A DNA stretch of 63,128 bases, counting the filler, from Folioceros fuciformis (Eukaryota), in the NCBI GenBank assembly GCA_049999805.1. It is 4 parts of 4 records of this genome, joined end to end, with 100 filler letters (N's around TTAATTAATTAA, not from the genome) between each part and the next. Parts side by side here need not be neighbours in the genome. Positions count along the whole stretch, not along the records: positions 1 to 28,239 come from JBNGIO010006030.1; 3 more parts are not named here. One strand, 5' to 3'. Positions within the stretch are counted from its first letter, which is position 1. Every line of letters starts with the position of its first letter. The translations under genes and the position numbers were made by a program. Below the pieces are notes generated by a model. The model was given only the letters and a program-made list of their open reading frames with translations, was not told the DNA's origin and ran no database searches. Shown here piece after piece: positions 1 through 11,629 of this stretch.

Positions 1-150
<150 letters not shown>

Positions 151-175
151 ACTGTGTCTCGAGGTCTCCGTAAAT

Positions 176-191
176 GGTGTATTTTTACACC
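176..191 (+). promoter_or_regulatory. Histone-type 3' UTR stem-loop (GGTGTA-TTTT-TACACC)
   Basis: Perfect 6-bp stem with 4-nt U-rich loop, 25 nt after the H3 stop, flanked by AAAT and ACC; second copy at 13048-13063. Hairpin is seen; function is inferred. Confidence 0.7.
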
Positions 192-419
192 ACCTGTCCA
201 AGGAACATCTGTCAGCTCGAACACTGAATTTTGAATGTCTTTCAGTTTCGCGATGCAAGCAGATGTCACAACCCTACCCTTTCCTGCTCCATCTTAAATT
301 TGGGACCCTCGGGGTTTTGTTTCGGTTTGTCGATTTGAATTGTCCATTTTCATGGCGTTTGCACTTTTTTCTCGAGTCACACACATGCAACTTGAATGTA
401 TGTGCTTGTAGCAGGGCAA

Positions 420-800
420 CCAATCTGGTGTCCCCTTCACCAAATGACTTCTAAAGCAGAGGGTAGGCTGGATTTGCAGGTTGTCATGCTCCCGGACGAA
501 CCTTCCCAACGGTTCCTTTTATTGTTCTTGTCCGAGACATTTCCGCAGGTCCGTCAAATTCAAGCTAGATGTTAACGTGCCCTTGGCTTCTGGCAACTAA
601 CTTCTCTGCAGATGGATATTAAACTGTCCGCTTTCAAAATTCCGATATGGTTATAACCAGTCAGAAAAAATGCCCAATGGATGGAGTGAGGACGAGGTAG
701 GACTGAATGTCGCTCGTCGACCATATTTGAGTCAGTTGCTACTGGTGCTGCAACACGATTGAGGGCCTGGGCAAGACCATTTCTGCAACCACTGCCATTC
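420..800 (-). pseudogene. Decayed duplicate of the last two exons of the TTM-like gene
   Basis: 713-800 aligns with 13924-14012 (ctcgtcgaccatatttgagtcagttgc...); 450-610 aligns with the terminal exon 13650-13830 but has stops/indels; boundaries approximate. Confidence 0.75.
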
Positions 801-849
801 CTATCAACAATTCTTCAACATTTACTGCAATAGCTGCCTCATGACCTCT

Positions 850-2990
850 AGTTTAGTTTTCTGTGATTGCTTTGTCTGATAAGGATGTAGATCATCCATG
901 TTATAACCTCGTATTGTTTATGAAACCTCAAAAACCTTATAAAGTAATAATAAAAATAAAGCATATTGAAAGTTAAAAGTAGAAAAGTAAAAATTAGGTT
1001 CAGAAATATCTTGATGAAGAAGGAAGTATGTTATCAAAAACAAAGGCTCTTGATAAGAAAATTATATTGATAAGTAGTATCTTGAGATGAGTAGTATATA
1101 TGATTTCCCACTTTAGTAAAGCAAAAGCTCTTGATAAGGAAATTGTATTGATAACTAGTATCTTGAGATGAGTGGTGTATATGGTTCCCCACTTTAGTAG
1201 TGGCCTAATTGTAGAGTATATAAATGCTAGGGCTAAGGTTTTAAGACACGTATGAAGACAAAAAGAAGCCTAGTGTGGAGTGAATAAATGAGATTTGAGG
1301 CTATAGCTTTTTTTTACACTGTCAGTAGAAAGGGGGTATTACTTAGTTAGTATGAGAGCGAGGTTTATTCCTCCAAGATGGTTAAGTGCCAAAGGATTCC
1401 TCCAAGATAGATGGGCACCAAAGGATGCAAATATGGGGGGTTTCTCCTAATCCCTCGTCTCAACAACTTGAAGAGAATCAAATCGAGGAGATGCACCTAG
1501 CGATTAGGCAGACCATTCGAAGAAAAATATGAAGCTTGGAAGATACAGAGGATGCTTGCTTTACGACAAATTCTTCCCAAACTTCTCCAAGATTTTGGGA
1601 AAAAGGCAAGAAGGATCTAAAGCCTACAACTCTATGAAATAAGGATGTTGAAAACAATCAAGGTTCTTCTCACATCTTCAACGTAGTTCCGAGAGCAAAT
1701 CTAAAGTTGGCTATGCCAAATAAGTATGAGGGAGTAAGAGGTCTACAAGCTATTGATTCCTAGATTTGCTTTATTGGAAGCTATCTTGCCTCGTCTCGTC
1801 TTGAGCCTAAGCACTACTTAGGTATTGTTGGCAACTTCCTAAGAGGATACGCTTTGGTGTAGTGGCGAAGTTACTATACTAATGTAGCCTAGGGTAATTG
1901 AGCACATACCATCACAAATTAGGCATCTTTTAAAAGAAGCCTTGAAGCATTTCCAACCTGCAAAGGCTTCGTTTGAGCCAACAACTACTTGCTAATATAA
2001 AGCAAACAAGGAGTGCATGAGAATATGTAAGTACCTTCAGTGAAGCTATTATGCATTGTACTTTAATGAGTGAAGTTGACAAACTACGCTCTTCATGGTT
2101 GGTTTGAAGTCTACAGTCAAGATGAGTAGTCTATATGATTCCTAGATTTAACAGTGGCTTAGCAGCCCTACCCAACCATGAAGCAATGTAGTTTGTCAAC
2201 TTCACTCATTAAAGTACAATGCATAACAACTTCATTGAAAATTGAAAGCACTTACATATTCTCTTATAGTATCGTATCTATCTGCTTTATATTGTTAAGT
2301 ATTTATATTGTCAAGTAGTTGTTAGCTCAAATTACTTCTTCAAGGCTGCTTAAAAGATGCCCAATCTGTGATGGTGTATGCTCGATTACCCTAAGCTACA
2401 TTAGTCTAATAACTTTGCCACCACACCAAAGGGTATGCTTTTTAGGAAGTTGCCAATAGAACTTCCTAAAAAGCCAAATGAGGGCAAGATAGCTTCATTT
2501 GGCTAGAGCCTAAGCGGTGCTTAGGCTCTAGGCCAAATGAGGGCAAGATAGCTTTCAATAGAGTAAATCTAGGAATCAATAGCTTGTATATCCCTTACTC
2601 CCTTATACTTATCTGGCATGACCAACTTTAGATTTGCTCTCGGACTACTTCGAAGATATGAGAAGGACTTTGTCTTCAACATCATCATTTCGTAGAGCTA
2701 TAGGCTTTAGATCCTTCTTTGTCTCTTTCCTAAATGCTATCAAATCTTGGAGAACTTCACACAATACTTTTGGAAGAATTTTGCAATCATTGCTATTCCT
2801 ATTAGCAATCCTTAAATATTTACCACAATAACTGACTAGCAATCTCTATTTTAGATCTTTAGTGTTGTTTCATGTTATGAAGATGTAGATCATCCTCTCT
2901 ATCAACCTCCTCACATGGCTTCCATGTTATAATCTTATTTTTTTTGATGAAACTTTAAAAACCCTGATACGACACAAAAGTTTAGACATA
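850..2990. mobile_element. Degenerate Ty3/gypsy-like LTR retroelement remnant with gag fragment duplicated in inverted orientation
   Basis: Stop-ridden gag-like peptide (MPNKYEG...GNFLRGYAL..W...EYVSTFSEAIMHCTLMSEVDKL) at ~1710-2110; inverted copy 2174-2785; similar direct repeats near 884-940 and 2882-2970. Confidence 0.65.
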
Positions 2991-3276
2991 ATTGCGGTAA
3001 AACCCTGGTACGACACAAAAGTTTAGACACCAGAACAGTTGTGGTGAATTTCTAAATGTAGCACACCCAAGGCCTTGGTTAGCAACTACGATTATAGTTT
3101 GCAGGAATAAATTAAAGGTAGAAAGAAATAAAATAGTTCTGTAACACGGTAGTCTCGTCTTTCTAGAAGAGTTGTGATATGATTAATCCGCTGTTTAATC
3201 CGTGAGACATCATTAATGGAACAATCCCTCAGTTAAATCGCTTATTTTCGGCATCTTTTGCTGTCCTGACTAGGAG

Positions 3277-4039
3277 TTACAAGGCAGTCGCCCCGGATAA
3301 CTGAGAGACGCAGTCCTCCCCTCCAGAATTAATTTTCATCCACACTTCATTCTGTTGCCCAGTGACCTCCCACGGATCGTTGTACTGCGCAATGATATAC
3401 TCGTCATCGCTGTTGGCCGCTAGAGAGGCGGCCCACTTTGAGGCCTTCAGGGCATCCGCCAGTCTAGAAGCCTCACGCGCGACGTTTGCATCATCAGCGA
3501 ACCCTGAGAAGCTTCTCACTGCAAAGCACTGCTTCTCCCACCGCTCGACCCCGAGGTGAAGGTCGGGCTGTGGGGCAGGCGGACCAGACTGGAAGTCCCT
3601 AGGAACAAAGAAGAGAATTGTGAAAGCTGTGGCGCAGAAAGGGCCGTCGGATGGCTTGATCCCTGTCAGGACTGGAACCGTCATCGGGATTTCGTAGTGG
3701 CCGGCGTTCTCTCCCTGGATGTACTGCACCAGCCTGAAATGCGACACCGGAGACAGCTTGTTGAGGATGCAAAGCAGATAGCGATGAAGAGCTTAATTCA
3801 GAAGACAATGCAGGTTGACAGGTTTCTCACTTTTCCATCCCAAAGGAGGTGGCCCGCACGAATGACACGTCCTCCAAGGCCGAGGTTGATATCCACACGG
3901 ATTCCTGGTATCTCCGAATCTCCAGCGCGCCATCGCCCTGAGAGCTTACAACTGTGTAAGAGGGAGCCTCTAGAGATAAAGCCGGGCAGGCCTGAAAGAG
4001 CGGCAAGAGCGCGATAAGTGCAACGCCGATGGACAACAT
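3277..4039 (-). CDS. SOUL haem-binding protein, 2 exons (4039-3831, 3733-3277), N-terminal signal peptide
   Basis: Motifs LEAPSYTVV, EIRRY, LVQYIQGEN...IPMTVPV, FAVRSFSGF, AQYNDPW...NEVW; GT-AG intron 3830-3734 restores frame. Confidence 0.9.
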
Positions 4040-4200
4040 CTTGGCGATGGCAGCATCGAGCAGGTAAGACCAAGAAGCGGAGGCGAGATGGAGGAAGGTG
4101 GACAAACCTGGACGGGTGGCGTGACTAAGGAGGAGCTCACGTGGCGCAGTGGAGTCCGAACAGCTATTATCCCTCGGAATCAATTTCATATGGAGAAACG

Positions 4201-7200
4201 CTACCTTATTTTTGCGCTAAGAAGACTCACTAGCTCTTTCAGCCGGGCCGCCTGGACGTGCCTTGCATCCTCTACCAGAAATGTGTGGACATGTTGGGCA
4301 TGCTCGATCCAGCTTCGGCCAGGCTCCTTCCAAGAAACCGCATGGTGTCTCAAGCTATCTATCTGCTCTGCATAGTCCGGCATACCAGCATCAGCGTAAA
4401 TGCTTGACATGAGTCCATAAGCAGAAGCGTGGTCAGGTTCTAAGGCCCAAGCAGCGTCGAAGGCTCTCCTTCCTAAAGACACATTGTTATGCTTCCTGCA
4501 GGCGCTTAACACGCACAGCCACATCGGCAGGTTGGGCTGCATGGGCATCTGCGCAAGAAGGTCTTCTGTCTTATCGAACAATCCTGCCCGCGCGACAAGG
4601 TCTATCACACATGCAAAGTGCTCCAGCTCCGGGAGGATGGTAAGGTCCCTGGTCATGGTTTCAAAGTACTCCAGGCCCCTGTCCACCATGCCAGCATGAC
4701 TGCATGCGGATATTAATGCGAGGAATGTCACTCCATCCGGTTGGACGCCTGCCACTAGCATTTTTTCGTAGCATTGCATAGTACGTTCCCAATTTCCGAG
4801 TCGGGAATAAGAAGCTATCAGCGCGTTCCATGCCATAACGTTGTGGCAAAGGAGAGAGTCGAACACACTTTGAGCATCCACCATGCTTCCACATTTCCCA
4901 TATGCGTGGATGAGACTAGTTGCCATGCAAAGAGTGCACTCCACTCCAGTGTCAACAATACTCTGGTGGGTCTGCAGACAGTTGTTAAGAGCTCCTGTCG
5001 AGCTGCATGCCTTCAGCACGGAAACGTAGGTGGCCTCATCGGGACTCACGCCTTCGGCCTGCATCTGAGCAAACAGTTGCACAGCTGTGTCTCCATGACC
5101 CTGCTCGACATGTGCCGCAATCATGCCAGTCCATGACACCACATTACGGTGCGACAAACTATCGAACACCTGCTGTGCATCCTTGATGCTGCCACACCTT
5201 GCATACGTGTTTACTAGTGTACTACCGACAAATGTATCAGTATCACAATCCCTGCTCACAGCTTCAGCATGTATTTTCCTCACCTGTTGGAGTAAACCTG
5301 CCTTAACAACCTGGCCATCAACGAAGACAGTTTTCTCCTTTTCAGCTATCAAACTGAGGGCTTGGAGAACACAAACAAAGGTTCGAGCATCTGGGACGAC
5401 CTTTTCCTCACGCATCTGTTGGTAAAGCTTTAAAGCTTCATCTCCTTGATCCTGTTTCGTGTACGCGGAAATCATGGCAGTCCATGACACCACATTGCGG
5501 TGAGGAAGTCTCTCAAACATGTCTTTCGCATCCTTGATGCTTCCACATTTTGCGTATATACTCACTACGGTGCTACCAACAAATACGTCTAATGCCAAAC
5601 CCTGCTCCGAAGCATCAGCATGTAACCTCTTTCCCAAATGCAAGGCCTCTTCTTTCACATGTTTTCCATCTTTACTTTCTTCTTTATCTGCGAGGCTCCC
5701 ACATGCTTGGAGTGCACACACTATGGTCCGGGTATCTGGCCTTATCCCTGCCTCTCGCATCTGTTGATAGAGCTGCAGGGCCTTATCTCCTTGGGTCTGA
5801 TCAGAATACGCTGTCATCATAGCATTCCAAGAAACGATATCACGGTGGTGCAAGCTGCTGAATACTTGGGCTGCATTGCCTATGCTGCCACACTTTGCGT
5901 ACATCGTAATCATAGAGTTGCAGACAAATCTGTCAGACAGGAAACCAGTTTGGTGGGCTGCAGCAAGGACCTCTTGCCCTTTATGCAAGGACTTTATTTT
6001 CACATTTTGTCCATCAACAACTATACTTTCCTCCTTGACAGCGATGCTGCCACATGCTTGGAGAGCACTGACAAAGGTGCGGGCCCCAGGCAGGAAACCC
6101 GCCTCTTGCATTTGACTGTAGATCTCCAAGGCCCTTTCTCCTTGGTCCTGCTGTGCATACGCTGCAATCATGGCAGTCCACGACACCACATCCTTCTGCA
6201 ACATGCCAAACACTTGTTCGGCATCCCTCATGCTCCCACACTTACCATACGTACTGACCAATGTGCTACCAAGAAACGAATCAGACTGTAAACCCCTAAC
6301 CGTAGCCATAGCATGTATTTGCCTCACTTCTCGCAAGCAATCCACTTTCACATTTCCGCCATCCACAGAAGCACATTCCTCCTGATCTGCAAGGTTGCCA
6401 CATGCCTGTAATGCACTGACAAGAGTTCGACATTCCGGCATGACCCCTAGCGCTTCCATCTGCCAGAACACGTCCAGCGCCTTCTCACATTCGTTCTGCT
6501 GGACGAGTGCGGCTATCATCACAGTCCAAGACACCACATCGCGCCAGGATAATTTCTGGAAAACATCCTCGGCCTCCTCAATACTACCACACTTCGCATA
6601 CATGCTAACCAAGGTGTTCCCAACAAAGATGTCAGAATCACACCCCATGCTTACAGCTCTAGCATGTATCTTTCTGCCCAGCTTCAGAGCCTCAACCTTC
6701 ACATTTCGGCCATCAACTAGCGTTCTTTCCTCGCTTTCTGCAAGGTTACCACAGGCTTGCAGACAGCTGACAAAGGTCCGTGCATTTGGGGCAACCCCTT
6801 CTTCTTGCATTTGGCGGTAGATCTGCAAGGCTGTTTCTCCTTGGTCTTGCTGGGCGTAAGCTGAAAGCATTGCGTTCCACAAAACCACATTTCGTTGAGG
6901 CAATTCATCAAACACTTGCTGAGCCTCCCGTGTGTTCCCGCACTTGGCATACATTGTGACCAAAGCACTCCTCACAAATAGGTCTGATGCACATCCATGC
7001 CTGCAAGCATCAGCATGTAAGCGCTTGCCTGTGTCCAAGTCCCTTAACCTGGAGCATGCTTTCAGCAAACTAACAAACGTGTAGTTATTGGGTTTGACTC
7101 TTTCCCGGAGCATTCGATCATAGCAGGACACAGCCTCTTGCCACTGTCCAGCATTGCAATACCCTGAAATTATCGCTGTCCAAGAGAACACTGTTCGTCG

Positions 7201-7473
7201 GGATAACTTTTGAAAGACTTGTAGCCCATCCTCAAAACCCCCACACTTGACTAGAGTGGTCACCAGGAGATCGCTAAGAAAGCTGTTGGATTCCAATCCA
7301 TGCTTCAACAAATCAGCATAAACGAACTTGGCTTCAGCAAGGTCCCTCCTTTGCATGCATGCCTGCAACAAGTCCTTGAAAATGTGCACAGGAGGCACAG
7401 TTCCCTGCTGAATCATGTTAGCCTTGATGAAAGGCATGCTTACTTGATCGAAATGACGTGTGGTCTGCCACAT
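4201..7473 (-). CDS. PLS-class PPR protein with long LL motifs; E1-E2-E+ (PG box, no catalytic DYW)
   Basis: Repeated P-L-S units (MYAKCGSIEEA, VVSWTAMI); L motifs with ~13-aa inserts; ends KEPGRSWIE...HTFLVED; first in-frame ATG 7473 (ORF open from 7533). Confidence 0.93.
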   Translation of the reverse strand: MWQTTRHFDQVSMPFIKANMIQQGTVPPVHIFKDLLQACMQRRDLAEAKFVYADLLKHGLESNSFLSDLLVTTLVKCGGFEDGLQVFQKLSRRTVFSWTAIISGYCNAGQWQEAVSCYDRMLRERVKPNNYTFVSLLKACSRLRDLDTGKRLHADACRHGCASDLFVRSALVTMYAKCGNTREAQQVFDELPQRNVVLWNAMLSAYAQQDQGETALQIYRQMQEEGVAPNARTFVSCLQACGNLAESEERTLVDGRNVKVEALKLGRKIHARAVSMGCDSDIFVGNTLVSMYAKCGSIEEAEDVFQKLSWRDVVSWTVMIAALVQQNECEKALDVFWQMEALGVMPECRTLVSALQACGNLADQEECASVDGGNVKVDCLREVRQIHAMATVRGLQSDSFLGSTLVSTYGKCGSMRDAEQVFGMLQKDVVSWTAMIAAYAQQDQGERALEIYSQMQEAGFLPGARTFVSALQACGSIAVKEESIVVDGQNVKIKSLHKGQEVLAAAHQTGFLSDRFVCNSMITMYAKCGSIGNAAQVFSSLHHRDIVSWNAMMTAYSDQTQGDKALQLYQQMREAGIRPDTRTIVCALQACGSLADKEESKDGKHVKEEALHLGKRLHADASEQGLALDVFVGSTVVSIYAKCGSIKDAKDMFERLPHRNVVSWTAMISAYTKQDQGDEALKLYQQMREEKVVPDARTFVCVLQALSLIAEKEKTVFVDGQVVKAGLLQQVRKIHAEAVSRDCDTDTFVGSTLVNTYARCGSIKDAQQVFDSLSHRNVVSWTGMIAAHVEQGHGDTAVQLFAQMQAEGVSPDEATYVSVLKACSSTGALNNCLQTHQSIVDTGVECTLCMATSLIHAYGKCGSMVDAQSVFDSLLCHNVMAWNALIASYSRLGNWERTMQCYEKMLVAGVQPDGVTFLALISACSHAGMVDRGLEYFETMTRDLTILPELEHFACVIDLVARAGLFDKTEDLLAQMPMQPNLPMWLCVLSACRKHNNVSLGRRAFDAAWALEPDHASAYGLMSSIYADAGMPDYAEQIDSLRHHAVSWKEPGRSWIEHAQHVHTFLVEDARHVQAARLKELVSLLSAKIR

Positions 7474-7633
7474 TCCATTCAAGTACGTGACCTCACCATC
7501 ACCGTTTGTCCTGAGTGGTGGATCGCATCGCAATCCTCCACCACAGGTAGATAATGGTTCTCATCATCCAAAACCATCCAGTTTGCCAAAAGCATTGCGC
7601 GAGGTCGTCACTTGCGCTGCGGCTCCAGGCACG

Positions 7634-10600
7634 CTACTGTGCTCGCTTCTCGCCGACGCCCACAGGAACATGGCTCTCCGCGTCTTCTGCGATTGCCTCC
7701 ATGAGGATCCCCAGCTGCGCATAAATCTCTTTTCTATCACAATGCCTCTCGTCCTCCACGACGAATGTGTGCACCTTTGAATCATACTCCATCCAAGTGC
7801 GACCGGGTTCCTTCTTTGCGCCTGCCCTGAGCATTCTCCTCCTCAGTTCTGCTTCTTCTCGGTAATTGCCAGCTGAAGCATACGTTTCTGCCATAAGCAC
7901 GTGCGCGGCAGCATTTGCGGCATCCAACCTCACGATGGCCTCGAATGCACGTCTACCCAATTCTACACTTCCATATGTGCGGCAGGCACCAAGCAAAGAC
8001 ATCCACACGACAATGTCAGGCTCTGCTGGCAGCTGTTTAATAAACTTCTCCCCTTCATCTAAGCACCCAGAGCGGCAAAGCAGATCTACCATGCGCACAT
8101 AATGCTCTACCTCGGGGGTTTGGGGCATAGATCTGAACAGGAGTAGTCCGTCTTCCAGTAAACCAGCATAGCTGCACGCAGATAGTAACGATAGAAAAGT
8201 GACATCATCTGGATGCATCCCCTCTCTTCGCATCAGCTGAAAGAGGTCCAGCGCCTCTCGACCACGGCCATGTTGAGCGTAGCCTGCTATCATGGCGTTC
8301 CAGGACACCAAATCTCGCCTCTCAGCTCCATCAAATACTTTCCTAGCACACTCCAGGCTCCCGCATTTCGCATACATATCCACAAGACTGTTGACGACAG
8401 TCACATCTGATTGCAAGCCCTGTTTCAGTGCCTGAGCATGAACAATTTTACCCTGACTCAGTGCTGCCACACTTGAGCATGCCTTCAGGATGCTCAATAA
8501 GGTAACCTTATCAGGAAGCATGCCCTCATGCTGCATGTCCCGAAAGATTTTGAAGGCCTCCTGGCCATCCCCCTGTTGCGCATATCCTGCAACCATAGCC
8601 GTCCAGGTAACCAGAGGCCTTGTTGACAACCTGTCAAACAACTTACGGGCATCCTCCATGTTCCCACATTTACCGTACATATCAATGAGGGTGCTGGCAA
8701 CAAAAGTATCCAGTTCCAAATTAGCATCCACAGTCTGAGAATGGAACCACTTGCCTTGCTCTAAAGCAGATGTGGTAGAACAGGCTTTCAGGCAGCCGAC
8801 AAAAGTGTAATTATCTGGCTGCAGCCCCTCTTGTTGTATTCCATTGAAGAGACGACACGCCTCATCACAATCGCCATCCTGTGCATAACCTAAAATCATC
8901 GTATTCCAAGACGCCAAATTTCGAACAGGCATTCTGTCAAACACCGTGCGGGCATCCTTCATGCTCTCACACTTGCAGTACATGAAGATCAGAGTGTTTC
9001 CGACAAGCACATCGAGCTCCAACCCATTGGCAATGATGTAGTCATGAATTACCTTACCCTGGTCAAGGGCTTCACTGCTAGTGCATGCCTTCAGTAAGCT
9101 CACCAGAGTGAGCTTGCTAGGATATGTGCCCTCAGATTGCATGCGGTTGAACAGATGGAGAGCCTCCTCACCATTTCTGTCTTGAACATATCCAGCAATC
9201 ATTGTAGTCCACGTAATCTGTTCCCTTTCCTGCAACGTATCGAACACCGCACGTGCATTCTCCAGGCTATCACATCTTGCATACATATCAATGAGACTGT
9301 TACCAACAACTAAATCTGAGTCCAGACCACTCTGAAGAATCTTGGCATGAAGAATCTTTCCTTGATCCAGTCCCGAACATGCTTTCAACATGCTTACGCA
9401 CGTAAACTGGTTTGGGTGCAGCCCTTCCTTTTCCATTTGATGAAAGAGAGTCAGTGCATCCTCACCACGGCCAAGCTGGGCATAGCCTGCAATCATCGCA
9501 TTCCATGTCACCAGGTCCCTTCTAGGCAATGCGTCAAACACTCTACGACCACCATCCACATTTCCACACTTGGAATACAAGTCAATAAGTGAACTGGCAA
9601 CAAACAGATCTGACTCTGCACCCAATTTCCTCACGTGTGCATGAACCACCATGACCTGAGCTAGAACTGCTGAAACGGAACATGCTTTTAGGACTTGCAC
9701 AATTGTCACGTTGTTTGGCTGCAAACCCTCCTGCTCTAGTTGTAGGAAAAGTTCCATAGCCTCAGAACCACATCCAAGCTCAGCATATCCTGCAATCATT
9801 TCATTCCAGGAAACCAGATTCTTCACTGCCAAAGAATCGAACACTTGTCGGGCATCCCCAACACTCCCACATTTTGCATACAAACAAATAAGTCTAGTGC
9901 CGACATCTACATCTACCAAGAAACCGTTCTGGACAAAGTGATGATGAATCAGCTTCCCCTGATCAAGTGCTGCTAAGCTAGACCCAGCCCTCAAGATGCT
10001 CAAAAATGTCACCTTGTCTGGATGGAAGCCACTCTCCTGCATTGCATAGAAGAGCTGAATCGCATCCCACCCATGTCCATGCTGGGCATATCCTGCAATC
10101 ATGGCATTCCACGTTGCCACATCTCTTTTCGGCAGCCCATCAAATATTTGTCTTGCATCTTCAAGTCTTTCACATTTTGAGTAAATGCCAATGAGGGCAG
10201 TGGCGATGAACAAATCTGACTCCAGACCAGTTTCCACAGCATGCGCATGAAGCCTCGTGATCTGACCAAGGACTTCGAAACCAGCACTGGAACATGCTTT
10301 GAAGACACTCAGAAGAGTGATTCTGTTCGGTTCAACGCCCTTGTCAAGCATCTGGTCGTAAAGTGCTAGGGCCTCGTGGGAGTTCCTGTCTTGGGCATAT
10401 CCGCCCATCATTGCATTCCATGTGACAAGGTCCTTCTCTGACAATCGATCAAACAGAGAGCGAGCATCAACTAAGCTTGAACATTTCATGTACATCTCAA
10501 TAAGAGCGCTGGCAACAAATACATTCAATTCAAGACCTCGTTGCATGATATCTGTGTGGATCAATCTGCCGGCTGTCAGTGCTGCACTCCTTGCACAGGC

Positions 10601-11281
10601 TTTGATAACAGCTACATAGGTATAGCCATCAGGTTGTAAGCCTGAATCTTGCATTTTGAAGTACATATTCAGTGCCTGCCCAACTTGATCATGCCTGCTG
10701 CAGGCTGCAATAATCGCCACCCAAGCAAACTTGTCCGGTGCGAGCAGCTTATTGAACACACCCTGCGCTTCGAGCAGACTGCCACAAGCAGAATACAACT
10801 GAATAAGGTGGTACCCAAAAAATGTGTCAGATTCAAGCCCCTTCTTGGTGATTAGAGAATGAACCTGCCTTCCTGTGACCCCATCCTGCTCCTTAGTACA
10901 CCTAAGCAACAGATCGTGCAATAAACGGGTCACATCAGAACCACTTTGAGCGAGATCACTAACAGTCCTGAAGGCATCTTCCAGGGGTCCAAGCTTGCAC
11001 AATCTGATCAAGTTTGCACGATTGAGAATTCTGCTCCGAGCAGATCGTTGTGAAGCGGGGGTGTTATCAGCGTGAGACGTTGTACCCTCCTCTCGTTGCC
11101 AAGCTACAGACTTTTCTTCATGGCTCGTCGCTTTGGTGCCAAGGTGGCCCCTCAGATGAAAATCACGAATTACTGAAGGATTCAAACGCCAATTGGAAGG
11201 ATACCGTATACGAAGAACGAAATGTGTCTCCAGAACAAGCCTTGTTGCTTTCAACTTGACCAAACAGGTTAAAAATAGCAT
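7634..11281 (-). CDS. PLS-class PPR protein, E1-E2-E+ (PG box, no catalytic DYW)
   Basis: Long intronless PLS array; C-terminus KKEPGRTWME...HTFVVED with no HxE/CxxC; first in-frame ATG 11281, start uncertain. Confidence 0.93.
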   Translation of the reverse strand: MLFLTCLVKLKATRLVLETHFVLRIRYPSNWRLNPSVIRDFHLRGHLGTKATSHEEKSVAWQREEGTTSHADNTPASQRSARSRILNRANLIRLCKLGPLEDAFRTVSDLAQSGSDVTRLLHDLLLRCTKEQDGVTGRQVHSLITKKGLESDTFFGYHLIQLYSACGSLLEAQGVFNKLLAPDKFAWVAIIAACSRHDQVGQALNMYFKMQDSGLQPDGYTYVAVIKACARSAALTAGRLIHTDIMQRGLELNVFVASALIEMYMKCSSLVDARSLFDRLSEKDLVTWNAMMGGYAQDRNSHEALALYDQMLDKGVEPNRITLLSVFKACSSAGFEVLGQITRLHAHAVETGLESDLFIATALIGIYSKCERLEDARQIFDGLPKRDVATWNAMIAGYAQHGHGWDAIQLFYAMQESGFHPDKVTFLSILRAGSSLAALDQGKLIHHHFVQNGFLVDVDVGTRLICLYAKCGSVGDARQVFDSLAVKNLVSWNEMIAGYAELGCGSEAMELFLQLEQEGLQPNNVTIVQVLKACSVSAVLAQVMVVHAHVRKLGAESDLFVASSLIDLYSKCGNVDGGRRVFDALPRRDLVTWNAMIAGYAQLGRGEDALTLFHQMEKEGLHPNQFTCVSMLKACSGLDQGKILHAKILQSGLDSDLVVGNSLIDMYARCDSLENARAVFDTLQEREQITWTTMIAGYVQDRNGEEALHLFNRMQSEGTYPSKLTLVSLLKACTSSEALDQGKVIHDYIIANGLELDVLVGNTLIFMYCKCESMKDARTVFDRMPVRNLASWNTMILGYAQDGDCDEACRLFNGIQQEGLQPDNYTFVGCLKACSTTSALEQGKWFHSQTVDANLELDTFVASTLIDMYGKCGNMEDARKLFDRLSTRPLVTWTAMVAGYAQQGDGQEAFKIFRDMQHEGMLPDKVTLLSILKACSSVAALSQGKIVHAQALKQGLQSDVTVVNSLVDMYAKCGSLECARKVFDGAERRDLVSWNAMIAGYAQHGRGREALDLFQLMRREGMHPDDVTFLSLLSACSYAGLLEDGLLLFRSMPQTPEVEHYVRMVDLLCRSGCLDEGEKFIKQLPAEPDIVVWMSLLGACRTYGSVELGRRAFEAIVRLDAANAAAHVLMAETYASAGNYREEAELRRRMLRAGAKKEPGRTWMEYDSKVHTFVVEDERHCDRKEIYAQLGILMEAIAEDAESHVPVGVGEKRAQ

Positions 11282-11629
11282 GGTGACAACAACATTGGAG
11301 CCTGTTGCTATGTCCTGGTGAACCAGATCTCCAAAGGAGGTGACCGTTAACAGCACCAGATGGACAAAAACACTCCAATTTCATCACTGCTGAACGATGA
11401 GCCCTGAACGGGTCACAGTCATGGAACAGTCAGATGTCACAACCCTGCCAATGAAGCTGCCCAGATTCCTCTTCGGATAGACCACAAATCAACCTCACTA
11501 AATCTTCGCTCCTAGATCTCTACCTACAAAGTCCTAGTCACGCCGAGGGCCCCAAGCTTGATTCCCTTGACCTGACAAACTTCAGAGCACTACAGTCTTC
11601 AACTTGAAACCCTAGCGACCTCAGAAACT

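Noticed and set aside
4484-10855. Many antisense and alternative-frame ORFs over PPR genes (also 37121-55011)
   Set aside because: Shadow ORFs produced by repetitive PPR codon patterns; no independent motifs
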